DNA of 63,074 nucleotides, counting the filler, from Asterionella formosa (taxonomy: Eukaryota): assembly GCA_002256025.1 (NCBI GenBank). It is 14 parts of 14 records of this genome, joined end to end, with 100 filler letters (N's around TTAATTAATTAA, not from the genome) between each part and the next. Parts side by side here need not be neighbours in the genome. Positions count along the whole stretch, not along the records: positions 22,674 to 45,238 come from NKIB01002686.1; positions 45,339 to 46,724 come from NKIB01002692.1; positions 46,825 to 48,218 come from NKIB01002693.1; 11 more parts are not named here. One strand, 5' to 3'. The position numbers were made by a program, and so were the translations under genes. Below are positions 37,224 to 48,318 of the stretch, piece by piece. The notes under the pieces were generated by a model, which worked only from the letters and a program-made list of their open reading frames with translations, had not been told where the DNA came from and made no database searches. Each line of letters opens with the position of its first letter. The stretch's first letter is position 1.

Positions 37224-38954
37224 TTATTTACACCGGACAACAACGCAACTGACATCGTCAAGTTTGCCACCTAGACCGCTTTCATATCCTTGAAACCCAT
37301 TTCGTTTCGCCAATTTAGCAAATGGCGTCACAGAGTCGTTAGAAAGAGAAATTGTACGGGACAAATCCGCAATTCTCCTTGCAATCATAGATGCCCTTTT
37401 CGGCGCTGCTGCCACTGTTTGCAAAATCAGGTCGTCACTAAGATTATCAAAAACACCATCCGAGCCCATCAAAATCACATCACCAGAAAATACTTTAATA
37501 TTCAACTTGGTTCCGTCTTTCGGCCGATCAGGAGAATCTTCTGATAGCTGGTAAGGACACTCGAAGTAGTGGACGATTTCTTTTGTTTTAGTGAATATTT
37601 TACCATCTCGAATCACATAGCAGTAAGAATCTCCCACATTGAGGATGCATAGATTGCCATCATCGCTTATGGAGGCGATAAGAGCAGTCGAAGCACCGGT
37701 TGCAGATTTGTCCGCGAATTCAGCGGCAGTAGTTAGGAGCGAAGTGAGGTCGCTCGTACTAAGAGCTTTCTCCCCAACCAAATTCCGCATTTTTTTGGCA
37801 AGAGTGGTGGAGTAGAGAGGAACTCCATCCTGTTTTTCAGCACCGCTGACACCGTCAAAGACACCAAAAGTGCGCCCCTTCGTAAAGACCGCGTCTTCTC
37901 CACCCCATCGGATCTTGGCAGGATGAGGCAACACATAGGCGGACATGTCGATCCTGACAGTTGTGACTTCAGGTACAACATTTTCCGTCTTTGGCTTTGA
38001 TACTTTCACTTTCGGACCAGTGATGACCTTACTTTGCCTCTTTTCCGTCACTTGAGCCTTTTCTTTCTCCGTTGCTTCCTCCGTTTTTGAAGTCAACGCT
38101 GCCATCAAATCATTGAATCCAAACTTGGGTTGCAGTGTGAATTCATTCTCCGGTTCGGCTACTGGAGCAGGCGTCGTCTGGGGGCCTTCTGAAGCGTCCG
38201 TTGCTTCGAATACAGGATCAACCTTCTTGGTGACGCCTCCAAAGAAGCCATTCATAGAAAACGATGGCTTCACTTCGGCCTTCTCGTTTTCAACATCGAT
38301 TTTCGTTCCTTTCAAATCTGAATTCATTCCCGATTCTTCCTTTGCCAAGGGTTCGTCGGTTGCTTTAACTGCGGGTGATTTGCTTTTTTCCGCCTTCCTG
38401 TCAAAAAGGCCATCAAACCAATTAGGTTCCACTTTTCCCGATTCTACTGTACGAGACGAATCTCCCGAATCTTTTCCATTGTCTCTGCGTGAACCAAAGA
38501 AGCCGTTCTTGACGCTATCAGTCACTAATGCTTCTGCCGGTGCTTCTGCCGGTGTTGGTGACGTTGCAGGTTCGACGGATGCTGGTGGTGAATCTATGCT
38601 TGCTGGTTGTGGCAGTGATTCTGCTGCCATTGCAATAGATTTCTTGTACTCCTTTTGTTTGGATTTCGCTAAGACTCGCTGCTGAGGGGACAAGTACACA
38701 TCAGGGAATGTTTTGGTGGGTGCATTCCATAGACTCTCTCCTGTCCTCTTGTTGAAGTAATAAACAAATCCAGTGTTTTCCTCGTCCAGATAGGCTGACC
38801 AGTCACCTTCTTTGGCTAGTGGAGTGGCCAATAGAAGTGTGCAAATTCGATTTCCAATTGAACTAGTGTAGTAAGGAGGACTGAAAGCGACTCCGAAATT
38901 GATTTCAGCAAATAATAAGCATGTTGCTAGGATTAATCGACTGAAAAGGTTCAT
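37224..38954 (-). CDS. PP2C (PTC7/PBCP-like) phosphatase with WW domain and bipartite plastid-type presequence (576 aa)
   Basis: Signal peptide ending GVA-FSP; WW motif WSAYLD...YYFNKRTGESLWNAP; PP2C motifs LPHPAK..GGEDA, FGVFDGVSG, GASTA, NVGDS, HYFECPYQL, GSDGVFDNL, GGKLDDVSCVV. Confidence 0.9.
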   Translation of the reverse strand: MNLFSRLILATCLLFAEINFGVAFSPPYYTSSIGNRICTLLLATPLAKEGDWSAYLDEENTGFVYYFNKRTGESLWNAPTKTFPDVYLSPQQRVLAKSKQKEYKKSIAMAAESLPQPASIDSPPASVEPATSPTPAEAPAEALVTDSVKNGFFGSRRDNGKDSGDSSRTVESGKVEPNWFDGLFDRKAEKSKSPAVKATDEPLAKEESGMNSDLKGTKIDVENEKAEVKPSFSMNGFFGGVTKKVDPVFEATDASEGPQTTPAPVAEPENEFTLQPKFGFNDLMAALTSKTEEATEKEKAQVTEKRQSKVITGPKVKVSKPKTENVVPEVTTVRIDMSAYVLPHPAKIRWGGEDAVFTKGRTFGVFDGVSGAEKQDGVPLYSTTLAKKMRNLVGEKALSTSDLTSLLTTAAEFADKSATGASTALIASISDDGNLCILNVGDSYCYVIRDGKIFTKTKEIVHYFECPYQLSEDSPDRPKDGTKLNIKVFSGDVILMGSDGVFDNLSDDLILQTVAAAPKRASMIARRIADLSRTISLSNDSVTPFAKLAKRNGFQGYESGLGGKLDDVSCVVVRCK

Positions 38955-41399
38955 TGGCTGAAGTTATCTGGTAACAAAGCAATAACGTCTCTGAAGCTAA
39001 TCAACAGAAAATTCAGCGGGCTCCAAAGGATCAGGAAAGGGGAGGATGAATCTTCGATCCCTAAAGCACGTCGACGCAGAGGACGACGAATATCACTGAC
39101 ACCCTACGAGAGTCCAATGAAAGGTGATGAGACCAACACTACTGGTAGATATGTCAAAGATGTTGGCTTTTGGTATTTATTACCAGTATTCACGCTCATG
39201 TGTGATCAATAGATCTGTCCATATGTCTTACATACCGGTAGTTTTTAGTACATCTACGTAAAAACTGTATGCATTGCTCCACCATCGCCTATTTCTGTGT
39301 TCTTTCTATGAAATGATGTACCTGTGGTAGGACCAGGTCCTCTGTTGCATAAGATAGTAGTCTACGCCTGCCTATGATATCTAAAGGCTTTTTCATGTAC
39401 ATATCTAATTAGGGGGAACAATGATATAGACCGGTATGTATATCACATTCATACAGTGCACCCATCTAAATAAATAAATAGTACCGTGGTACCAGGTACT
39501 CACACGTGAATTATTACTTGTCGTATGTATTCATACTGAGTCTCTGCTGTTACTCGTCATCATGATTCAATGGTGCCAAGTTCTTCACCACGTACTACCT
39601 GTCAAGTACCTGGTACCTCCAGGTACCTGATGGAACTGGTACCTGGTACCCTACCAGGAGTCCATAGGTGCCCTACCAGGGTACCTGGTACCAGCTAGCA
39701 GGTATTACCACTCCTAAATCATACTGCGTTGAACCTCGACTATGTATTGCCTGAAATTATTTTATGTACAGCTTTGAACCTCTATCTAGCACCAGCGTAC
39801 CTGGCACTTGGTACTCAGTACCTGATACTAGACCTTCTGTGCAAGTATGATGGTTCTCAAACTCCGACAAGCAATAGGCACCAAGGGAAGGGTTACCAGT
39901 TCAAGTCAAAATTACGAACAAAGTTAGGAATCCATCCAAAACGTCGTCGTCACCACAAGTGAAAGGGGGCAATTTAAAATTTCTAAGCAAATAAATAATG
40001 ATGTTAAATTAGTTTATGATCAATCCGAGTTCTATTGTAGCTTATTAGACACACACTGTCATTGTTCATCAAAGTGAACAACAATGACTGTGTTGCTGAT
40101 ACCAGTCCATTCAGAGGCATTATTGCTCAATGCTACTGCTGCACTGTTTCTCGATGTGTTGCCAGTGCTTTGATTGAAGCATCTCTGGCTCTTGACTGAA
40201 ACAAGAAAACAACTGAGGAAATGGTAAGTTGTCCAATCTTCTTGATGTCATCTTTGGTAGCACCATCATTGTCATTATTGTTGATTTTTATTTCCACTAA
40301 TGTCCTGTATTTTTTCTTGAACTTGTATGTAACACTTTTCCAGTATGAAGGAGCTGCACACATTCAGATGTATGATCAATAAAGCTATACACATGAAAGT
40401 TTGCATTGATCAACCTTTTTTGAACAAAATAGCTGTTAACCACATCCTTGGAGTATACATGCATATTTACACATACATGAATTAGGTAAACTTATTATCA
40501 TGTATATCTTAAGATCTCACAAAAATTTGTTTAGCCCCATTGTAGTAATTATACCAGATGAAGTAATTGATGGTGCTCCCATCAATTCATTCAACAAAAT
40601 GTGCACCAGACTAATAAAAAATAATCCACTATATTCCATCACACACCACATCATGGAGATTCCAGCCAGCAGAATGGAAGTTTCAAAATGAACATTGGAA
40701 AGCAAAGAAACATTTACTTACTGAGAAGTCCCAGACAGACCTCATCCCAGTACTAAGCATTCAAGTGTCAAAGATAGGGACCCACCACTATCAAATAACT
40801 GGTAGTAGTTCGTGCAATTCACAGCATCTACCAATTTTGGGGTTTCTAATCACATGAGAATTCAATTCAATGAAGCAAATGTATTCTTATGCAGAAAAAC
40901 ATGAGACTCGAGTTGGGCATTGATATCATGTATGGGATATTTTGAATCCTTCTATGCAATTGAAATATGGCGGTACCCAGCAGATTGTAAAAATATTCTG
41001 TAAAAAACAAATGTTATCAGGTGATGACGATGATGTGAGGCATATTTGATGTGCTGTCACATATTAAATGATAACAGCATTGCTATTGTTGCACAAACGT
41101 CTGCTATGGCGATCTGTTCAGCATTCACTCTGCTGGTTTTTAGGCGCTAGTAAGGGCAATAAATGACCAACAGGAGGCAGGGTTCCCCCCTTCAAGGCGA
41201 TCCCCAGTTCTTGCAGCATGACGGTTGCTGTTTTGTCTTGAGCTTTCAGAATAATCTGAGCTGCTCAATGTGATTGATCTGGTTCACAGCACCCGTTAGG
41301 TTTAGTGACATGATGTGAAGTTAAATAGAAACTTCCCTGGTCACGCCCACGTCAATCCCTAGCGCCAGTAAAGCGAATGGTTCAATTAATAACTTAGCC

Positions 41400-44297
41400 T
41401 TAAAGTAAGCTTGCCTTGAAGTCCTTGAACTCTGGAATGTTGTCGACAGCTTCTCCGCCACCGCTTAGATAACTAGGGTTTCTTCGGTCCAGTTCCTTAC
41501 TCTCACTCCTGGATGCAAGCCCCGTCATCAAGTTCGCCATAAGTGGCCCAAGTGTCGACGAGATCACGCTTGACGAACCTGCTTCGCTAAAGGATCTAAA
41601 GTTGCTTCCATATACGCTAATTGCATTGGAGTTGGACTTGCCGTTGTTTCGGTGCTTCTTGGTTGCATCAGAATCGTTCAGGTCGTCATCGTCATAGTCA
41701 TCCACAGAAGCATAGTCATTCACAAATTGGTCTGACTCGTGCGAAGTGCTGCTGGCAGATCGGGGAAGTTCAGGATCGATAGGAATGATTTGTGCTGCAT
41801 TTCTGTACTGAACAGTTCTTCGCGTTGGGGGAGCTGCCGAATCCACCTCGGCAACAGCCTTGGTCAAAATTGAGCGTTGCTGCATCGTCAAAAAATCGTT
41901 TCTGAAACTGAGTGTCAGAGGTCTTCCTCGGCCTTGAATTGCCTTGCGAATACTATCAAATGTCCACTTTCCAATTTCGACCGAGACTCCATCAAACGCA
42001 ACGAGTCGAGCTCCCAACTTTGGTCGTGAGTGATTTGCAGTGTCGTCGAAGCCATGAAATCCACAAACAAGAACGGCATCCGAAGATGTGGCCACTTCCA
42101 GATAATCCGCAGCCCCTCGATTATCAGGGGTTGACTTGGCCAGTCTAGAAATGTCGGCAATTCTTCGGAGTTCCGCTACAGTCATTGTTCCCCCTTGATT
42201 ATTCCTTGGTAGATCAGCCGTCATTGCCTCTGTCAAGGCACCTGATGTAGTCGTGGTTGACGGTACCTTTTGGAATTGAATTCCAATCTTTCGACTGTAA
42301 AACGTAAGATGATAGACTTGACAATCGCCCGTGTTCTCGTTACTCTCCGCAGCACTACTGTTCACGACATCCACGAGTGGGCAAATCAAACGTGAGGTTG
42401 CTTGGCCATTATCCGTGACGACAGATGTAGTCGACTCTGACTGCACCGATGAAGGGCATAGATTTGGTTGTGACGTATCCTCGTCATCGTCTAGTTTTAG
42501 GATGGGATGAATTCTCTTCTCTATTCCTGACTCGTCATCGCTGCAGTTCCCGTTTCTAAATCCGAATTCGTCCTCTCCTAAATCAGCTCCAACTGATGAG
42601 ATGCAAGATGGATCAGTAGACTCGAGTTCATCACAAAATGAATCATCGTCATCTGAATCCTGGTCGAACAGCGAAAGCACCTTGGGCTTGAGAGGAGAAG
42701 GTGTCACGCTGGAATCTTCGGAGGTTCTCTTGTTTTCAATTTGAAGAGTCGTCACTGAATCAACAATTCCAGAAAGATTGACTTCTGATTGATGGGAAAA
42801 GTGCAAAATGCCATTTTCGTTCACATCTGCATTAGATGCCAAGAATTGTTTGTTCAATGCAATACTGGAAAGGACATGTTCTTCCATCTCCTCAATCAAC
42901 CGCTCACTCTCTCGTCCGAAATTGAAAGCAATGCCCCCCAACTCCTCTTCGAGGTCTGCTTGTCGACCTTGCATTATAGTAGGGGGTTGGTTGGTTCTAG
43001 ATACTCTGATTTCCTTGACAAGGACTCTCTTTTCTTGCTTGATGACCTTAAGCTCTTGGCGGATGGCGCAATTTTCTTCCCATTGTTCGCAAAGCTTCTT
43101 TTCCGCCTTGAGCATTCGTTTCTCCAGTGAAATAACTTTCTCGTTGGCAACACACAAATCTTCAACTGCGACAGAAGCTTCTATCGATGCTAGCCTCACG
43201 CTCTCACGAAGTTGGTGAATCGTATTGTTTAATGCTGTAAAGTGCGTTCCAGGAACATCAAGTTGTTCAATCGGCTGATCTTCTTCGCCGTCATCGATGG
43301 AGTCTAAAAGAGACGTATCTCTCTGAGACTTCTGAGCAGCGTCTTCTTGTTCGTTGGTTCCTATTCCTTCCTTATCCCGTTGCGCCCAGTGAGAACTGGA
43401 CCCATCCTTGTACACAATTTTGTCAGTTCTATTAGAGAGCGGCCTCCTCAAATTCTGAGTAAGAAGCCTCAAGTTTTCATTCAGATGCTCAAATTTGTAC
43501 TTCCAATTAGCAGCATCTTCCAATGCCCCATCTCGATCTTTTTCTATCATTCGATATTCGTTCAGTTGAACCTCCAAATCCAGATTCTTTTGTTGACTCA
43601 ATTCATGTTTCCGTTGCATTTCGTGCAATTGCACTTTAGCTTGCGATAAGCGCTCTTGCTGCAAAGCTGTCATCCATTCTTTCCCCACATCTTCGGATCT
43701 TGCTTCAAGAATGACACGTCGTTCATCTAGTGTGATTGCAAACCGAAAGCGGCCGTCCGGTAGATATTCACTTTCTTCCACATTGGCATCTTCTAAATCA
43801 ATGCAACCTCGTGGCTCAGTATCTCCAGGAGACAGGAAATAGTACAAATGCGTACTGGGCTTGAGGACGAAAAATCTTCGTTTGAATTCAGGAATATTGG
43901 TGCCCAACTTGCAGAGAAATCCAGCTCTGGGTGCTGTGCGAGCAAAGGCAGCAGCTGTGTTTCGACTAGACGACGCTTGAATCTGTTCTGACGGTGTGAG
44001 TAAGTCTCTTTTCCGAGAGGACAATGTCGCTGCCTCCAATAGCTTTTGAACAACCCCTGATCTGGAGAGGACAGGGGACGCCGTGATTTCCGGCCGTGTG
44101 GGTTGTTGTCGAGAGGGATCCAAGACGAGGGGTGTTGGATGAGCTTTGTAGGTGGGTGTTTGATATATGTTCGTCCTTCCGTGCCATGATTGTGCGGAAG
44201 GAGGAGTCTGACGAAGGATGCGCTGCTGGTCTGCTTCGTATTCATATTGCTGAGGTCGACTGCGTGGCTTCTGAGTGTCGTTGTAGGAGGATGACAT
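41400..44297 (-). CDS. PH-domain, coiled-coil and C-terminal PDZ-like protein (~965 aa from first ATG)
   Basis: PH: RAGFLCKLG...FKRRFFVLK...LYYF...PRGCIDL...LEARSEDVGKEWMTAL. Heptad-rich middle. PDZ-like YHLTFYSRKIGIQF...GARLVAFDGVSV...RPLTLSFR. The ORF track uses an upstream TTG (44387); the first ATG is at 44297. Confidence 0.88.
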   Translation of the reverse strand: MSSSYNDTQKPRSRPQQYEYEADQQRILRQTPPSAQSWHGRTNIYQTPTYKAHPTPLVLDPSRQQPTRPEITASPVLSRSGVVQKLLEAATLSSRKRDLLTPSEQIQASSSRNTAAAFARTAPRAGFLCKLGTNIPEFKRRFFVLKPSTHLYYFLSPGDTEPRGCIDLEDANVEESEYLPDGRFRFAITLDERRVILEARSEDVGKEWMTALQQERLSQAKVQLHEMQRKHELSQQKNLDLEVQLNEYRMIEKDRDGALEDAANWKYKFEHLNENLRLLTQNLRRPLSNRTDKIVYKDGSSSHWAQRDKEGIGTNEQEDAAQKSQRDTSLLDSIDDGEEDQPIEQLDVPGTHFTALNNTIHQLRESVRLASIEASVAVEDLCVANEKVISLEKRMLKAEKKLCEQWEENCAIRQELKVIKQEKRVLVKEIRVSRTNQPPTIMQGRQADLEEELGGIAFNFGRESERLIEEMEEHVLSSIALNKQFLASNADVNENGILHFSHQSEVNLSGIVDSVTTLQIENKRTSEDSSVTPSPLKPKVLSLFDQDSDDDDSFCDELESTDPSCISSVGADLGEDEFGFRNGNCSDDESGIEKRIHPILKLDDDEDTSQPNLCPSSVQSESTTSVVTDNGQATSRLICPLVDVVNSSAAESNENTGDCQVYHLTFYSRKIGIQFQKVPSTTTTSGALTEAMTADLPRNNQGGTMTVAELRRIADISRLAKSTPDNRGAADYLEVATSSDAVLVCGFHGFDDTANHSRPKLGARLVAFDGVSVEIGKWTFDSIRKAIQGRGRPLTLSFRNDFLTMQQRSILTKAVAEVDSAAPPTRRTVQYRNAAQIIPIDPELPRSASSTSHESDQFVNDYASVDDYDDDDLNDSDATKKHRNNGKSNSNAISVYGSNFRSFSEAGSSSVISSTLGPLMANLMTGLASRSESKELDRRNPSYLSGGGEAVDNIPEFKDFKASLL

Positions 44298-45065
44298 TGC
44301 TGCTTTTCCGTGCTTGTTCGTTTGTTGGATAATGCCCTTTAACAGCAGGAATAGAATGATTGATAGGACAGTCCTCGACCGTGACAAACAATCTCAATAG
44401 CTAATAATAGGGAAGGTTCTACAAAGGTAAATTCATGCAAAGAAGACACAATAAAGAAAGGATCTACCAGTATTACTTTGAGAATTTGCATCTCCATTGC
44501 ATTTGAATGATCACGAAGAAAGGCTCATACTACATAAAAAACCGGTCGTAGACACAATACATATAACTACGGTATGGTACCAGGTACCAGGGTAACATAA
44601 AATAGTAATAAATAATCATCATCATAATTGGAACATGGCAGCTCCTCCTTCGAATTTTTTTTGTACATATATGTACCGTTACATAGTTGGAATTGCTCAA
44701 CTTTTTCTGTGAGCAACAAAGACGTGAATGTGCCGCACATCATAGAATTTAAGTTTTGTACACAGTAAATTAAGCTATTTAAATATATACATACATACCG
44801 ACAGTTGTGAAATGGATGCATACATGGCTGCTTAATCAGGGCAGAAAAATGGGGAGTTTTGTCTCCCCAAAAATTGTACTATCAAGAAAAGAGGACGCAT
44901 GTACAAACCGCATGTTTGTACTGGTGTAATCCTGTGAATCATTTGTCGTGTTATGCACATATGTAGCGGTACCTGGTACCAGGTACCAGGTACCGGTATA
45001 CCGGTATATACATAGTTCGGCCAATCAACACAAACATTTCTTGCGGTGTATCAATGTGGGTACTG

Positions 45066-45146
45066 GTACATCGCTTCATGTGCCAAAGAATTCAATTAAT
45101 GCTGTCGGCGCCAAGGCTATTGTAGAGGCTGTCAAGGTCAATGACT
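45066..45146 (+). pseudogene. Isolated single RI/NLRC3-type LRR module remnant
   Basis: TSLHVPKNSINAVGAKAIVEAVKVN matches the repeats in contig 8 (TTLHLCNNSIGDDGAKAIAKALKVN). Confidence 0.6.
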
Positions 45147-45338
45147 TCCAGTAAAGTTAGTTATAGGCAGTATATACATGTAAATAACAATTTCAATTAG
45201 CTAAACCTCCTGCCTCTTGAGGGGGGGGGGGGGGGGGGNNNNNNNNNNNNNNNNNNNNNNNNNNNNNNNNNNNNNNNNNNNNTTAATTAATTAANNNNNN
45301 NNNNNNNNNNNNNNNNNNNNNNNNNNNNNNNNNNNNNN

Positions 45339-45620
45339 GGACCAGGTATTTTTTGGAGGCACAGGGGTATGATGTACAGGAGTCTATCATATATCAAGAT
45401 AACCAAAGCACTATGCTGCTGGCAATGAATGGAACAGCTTCAAGCAGCCGTCGAACACGTCACATTAATATCCGATATTTCTTTGTGGCAGACCGGGTCG
45501 CATCAGGGGAAGTGAAAATAGAATACTGCCCAACTGCACAAATGTTAGCCGACTATTTTACAAAGCCTTTGCAGGGGAATCTATTCCGCACGATGCGGAA
45601 CATGATCATGAATGTTAATC
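45339..45620 (+). mobile_element. Ty1/Copia (CoDi-like) pol RNase H C-terminal fragment
   Basis: IIYQDNQSTMLL..NG..SSSRRTRHINIRYFFVADRV...IEYCPTAQMLADYFTKPLQG. Confidence 0.95.
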
Positions 45621-45859
45621 CTACATCAGACCACACTTATGCCATGCAGGATTATAGGAGTGTGTTGAATATGTGTAACGGACATGTCGGTAACGGTTAC
45701 ACCAATTACACCGATATTGACAATGACCGCACCAACCATGCCAGCGTGCAAACCAACGAACAAGAGTGGATCACAGCTGAACCAAGGAATATCATGATTA
45801 GAGATAGTATGTCTGGTACCAGCGAAACTGGCTCACTTTAATTTAATTATTTGGTTTTA

Positions 45860-46724
45860 TAAATGATACCATCCCGTTGTGCTTTTTTATCGTCGGATTC
45901 GTTGTTTTATGGACACGAAGACATATTGAGAACATTGTGGTTTCAACAGTTACCATCAATAGAGCGACGCAGACGAAGTGGGTCTCTTCATTGTTGTTTG
46001 CTCCTGGAAATGTCGGTGTCCGTGTCATCCTCATCAATAGAGAGACAAGTTCTTTCGTTGGAAAAATTGGTACCCGTGGTATCATCATTCGCTCGATGGA
46101 ACCACTGTCCGTTGCCTCAAACCTGATTAGCGTCTGAGTACCGGTATGTGCACTGTCGACTTTAGTACATTACAGGCAGAGTGACTTCGCTACTAAATTG
46201 CGTGATATAATAATATACCCTGTAGCACATCGCAGAATACATTTGCTTCCCAATCATCTCATCATGATTAATAAGATGATACTGTGATATCATGATAAGG
46301 TTACATCGATGCATACATCACCAAAGTATGACACGTAATATTGAATAAAGTACATCACATAGCTATGATAAATTGATCATAAAAATATGATGATTTTATC
46401 AAATTTTTATGATATAATTTTGATCAAAATATGATCATGTTAAAATAGTACCATGACAATAAAATACGATAAAATATGTACGCAAGTGTTACCAAGTCAT
46501 CATAAAAAATAAATCAAGCAATCATAAAGTATGTTAATTATTATATATGTTTGTCGTTTAATGTATACACTTAAAGTCAACAGTTAATATGATAGTATTA
46601 TACAGTGGATAGGATCTAAGTATACGGATGCGTTGATATGTACATCACTATAATATGATTTGTGATATGGATTGATGCATATCACATACCGGTATCCTCA
46701 ACAACCAGCCATCACGTTCATTGT
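45860..46724 (-). repeat. Inverted copy of the repeat at 7828-8640
   Basis: Collinear reverse-complement similarity throughout. Confidence 0.9.
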
Positions 46725-46824
46725 NNNNNNNNNNNNNNNNNNNNNNNNNNNNNNNNNNNNNNNNNNNNTTAATTAATTAANNNNNNNNNNNNNNNNNNNN
46801 NNNNNNNNNNNNNNNNNNNNNNNN

Positions 46825-47460
46825 ATATCCATCTGACAGATTTAATTCTTGGGGAGAAGTAGCATTTCCAGTGTTGTTGTTTTGGGTCCCATTTTTCAAT
46901 GTTGTCTTTGTAAGTTGCTTGGATTTCAGAGTGATTGAGAACATTATAGTTGAGTGGGCCCCATCCTCGGTTGGCAATTGCAGTCCTGTTGGAGGTAACT
47001 TGACCAAATGATTCATCCCATGCAGTGCTTACTATTCCGACAATGTCAACTTTATTGAGTGAGAATTCCTGACGATGGTCCGCTTTCTTGGTGAGTAGTT
47101 TCCGCTTCGCTTTTGTAATGGCCATCTTGTAGCAACCGTTTTGTTCAGTGGAGTCACCGACTTGCCAGTAGGAGGTCCCGTATGGAACACCAATGCAGAC
47201 ATTCCAATTGTGCTCAGGATTATTGATGTATTCAAGAAAGAGCAAGTCAAAACGGCTTCCGTGACCATCAAGAATTAAGAAAGGTGGTGGGCCAGTGCGT
47301 GTCCCGTGCAAAAATTCCGGTTTTGTCCATGTGTGCAAGCATTCCAACAAGTAGCTCTGCTGTGATACTTCCATTTTCAGAGGCACAACAGTATGTAGGT
47401 AAGTTGACTCCATCAACTGTGCACACTGGTCCTTGCGGGTACCTTTTGTTCTTTCCACTG
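46825..47460 (-). pseudogene. pogo/DDE_1-type transposase fragment, frameshifted near 47290
   Basis: SENGSITAELLVGMLAHMD then PFLILDGHGSRF...CIGVPYGTSYWQVGDSTEQNGCYK...AIANRGWGPLN. Confidence 0.85.
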
Positions 47461-47601
47461 TTCGTTTCATGAGGAGTTAGCATTCCTTGGTCTGCCAACA
47501 TGATTACTATAGTGTCTCAATGATGACTCTGCAAATAATTGTATATTATGAGACTGACAAGTTGGATTTGTAGGCTTGTTTTTATGTCATGCATACCAGC
47601 C

Positions 47602-47710
47602 GCAGTGCTGGTTTACTAGTAGTCTATCATGCCAGTACCAGGTACCACTAGGTTATAATATTTATTGATTGGCACACCAGCACTTAAACAACTCTAAATA
47701 AACAAGTTAT
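47602..47710 (+). repeat. ~110-bp near-identical repeat shared with 55536-55645
   Basis: GCAGTGCTGGT.TACTAGTAGTCTATCATGCCAGTACCAGGTACCACTAGG...AAACAAGTTATT occurs in both contigs. A further shared inverted segment is 48055-48088 vs 54563-54597. Confidence 0.9.
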
Positions 47711-48318
47711 TATGGCGCACAATTTAATTGCAATGGCGCAAACATGCCATAGTAATGATTCGGAAAAGTCTTGAAACAAGCTAATTATTTATATAGCTTC
47801 AGCTTCTCGTATGTGTTGAAAAAGTCATGCAGGCTCAATGGGGTAAAACTGATTTGGACCAAAAACCGTCGACAGCCAATTTTGGGCTACTATAACTAAA
47901 GAACTGGTACGAGATTGCAGTGTTCAAGTACGAACAATGCTGTTCCTTATATGCACAGGAAGGACTTTGTCTAATACAGATTTATAATATTACAAATATT
48001 CGTCTCAAACCGTGTGATTACCCCGTTTTGTTATGACTATCAGTACAAAACTGAAAGTTTGTATGACTCTCAGTTTTTAGGTGGTACCGTTATGTTGATA
48101 CATCATACTTCCTGACGCTTTCGACGTGAATTGTGTTCCGAATAAAAATAGATGCACGATCTCAAGACAAGGACTAAACCATTCAACCAAGCAACGAAAG
48201 AAAGGCCAGACTTAGACGNNNNNNNNNNNNNNNNNNNNNNNNNNNNNNNNNNNNNNNNNNNNTTAATTAATTAANNNNNNNNNNNNNNNNNNNNNNNNNN
48301 NNNNNNNNNNNNNNNNNN

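Noticed and set aside
38113..38685. Long antisense ORFs (also 27006-27425, 42808-43218, 53327-53818)
   Set aside because: Shadows of real genes on the opposite strand, with no recognisable motifs.
41130..41390. Possible structured ncRNA downstream of the PH gene
   Set aside because: No recognisable tRNA, snRNA, snoRNA or SRP signature; could simply be 3' UTR.
45221..45238. Poly-G tract at contig end (G-quadruplex or telomere-like)
   Set aside because: A homopolymer at an assembly break, probably a sequencing or assembly artefact.
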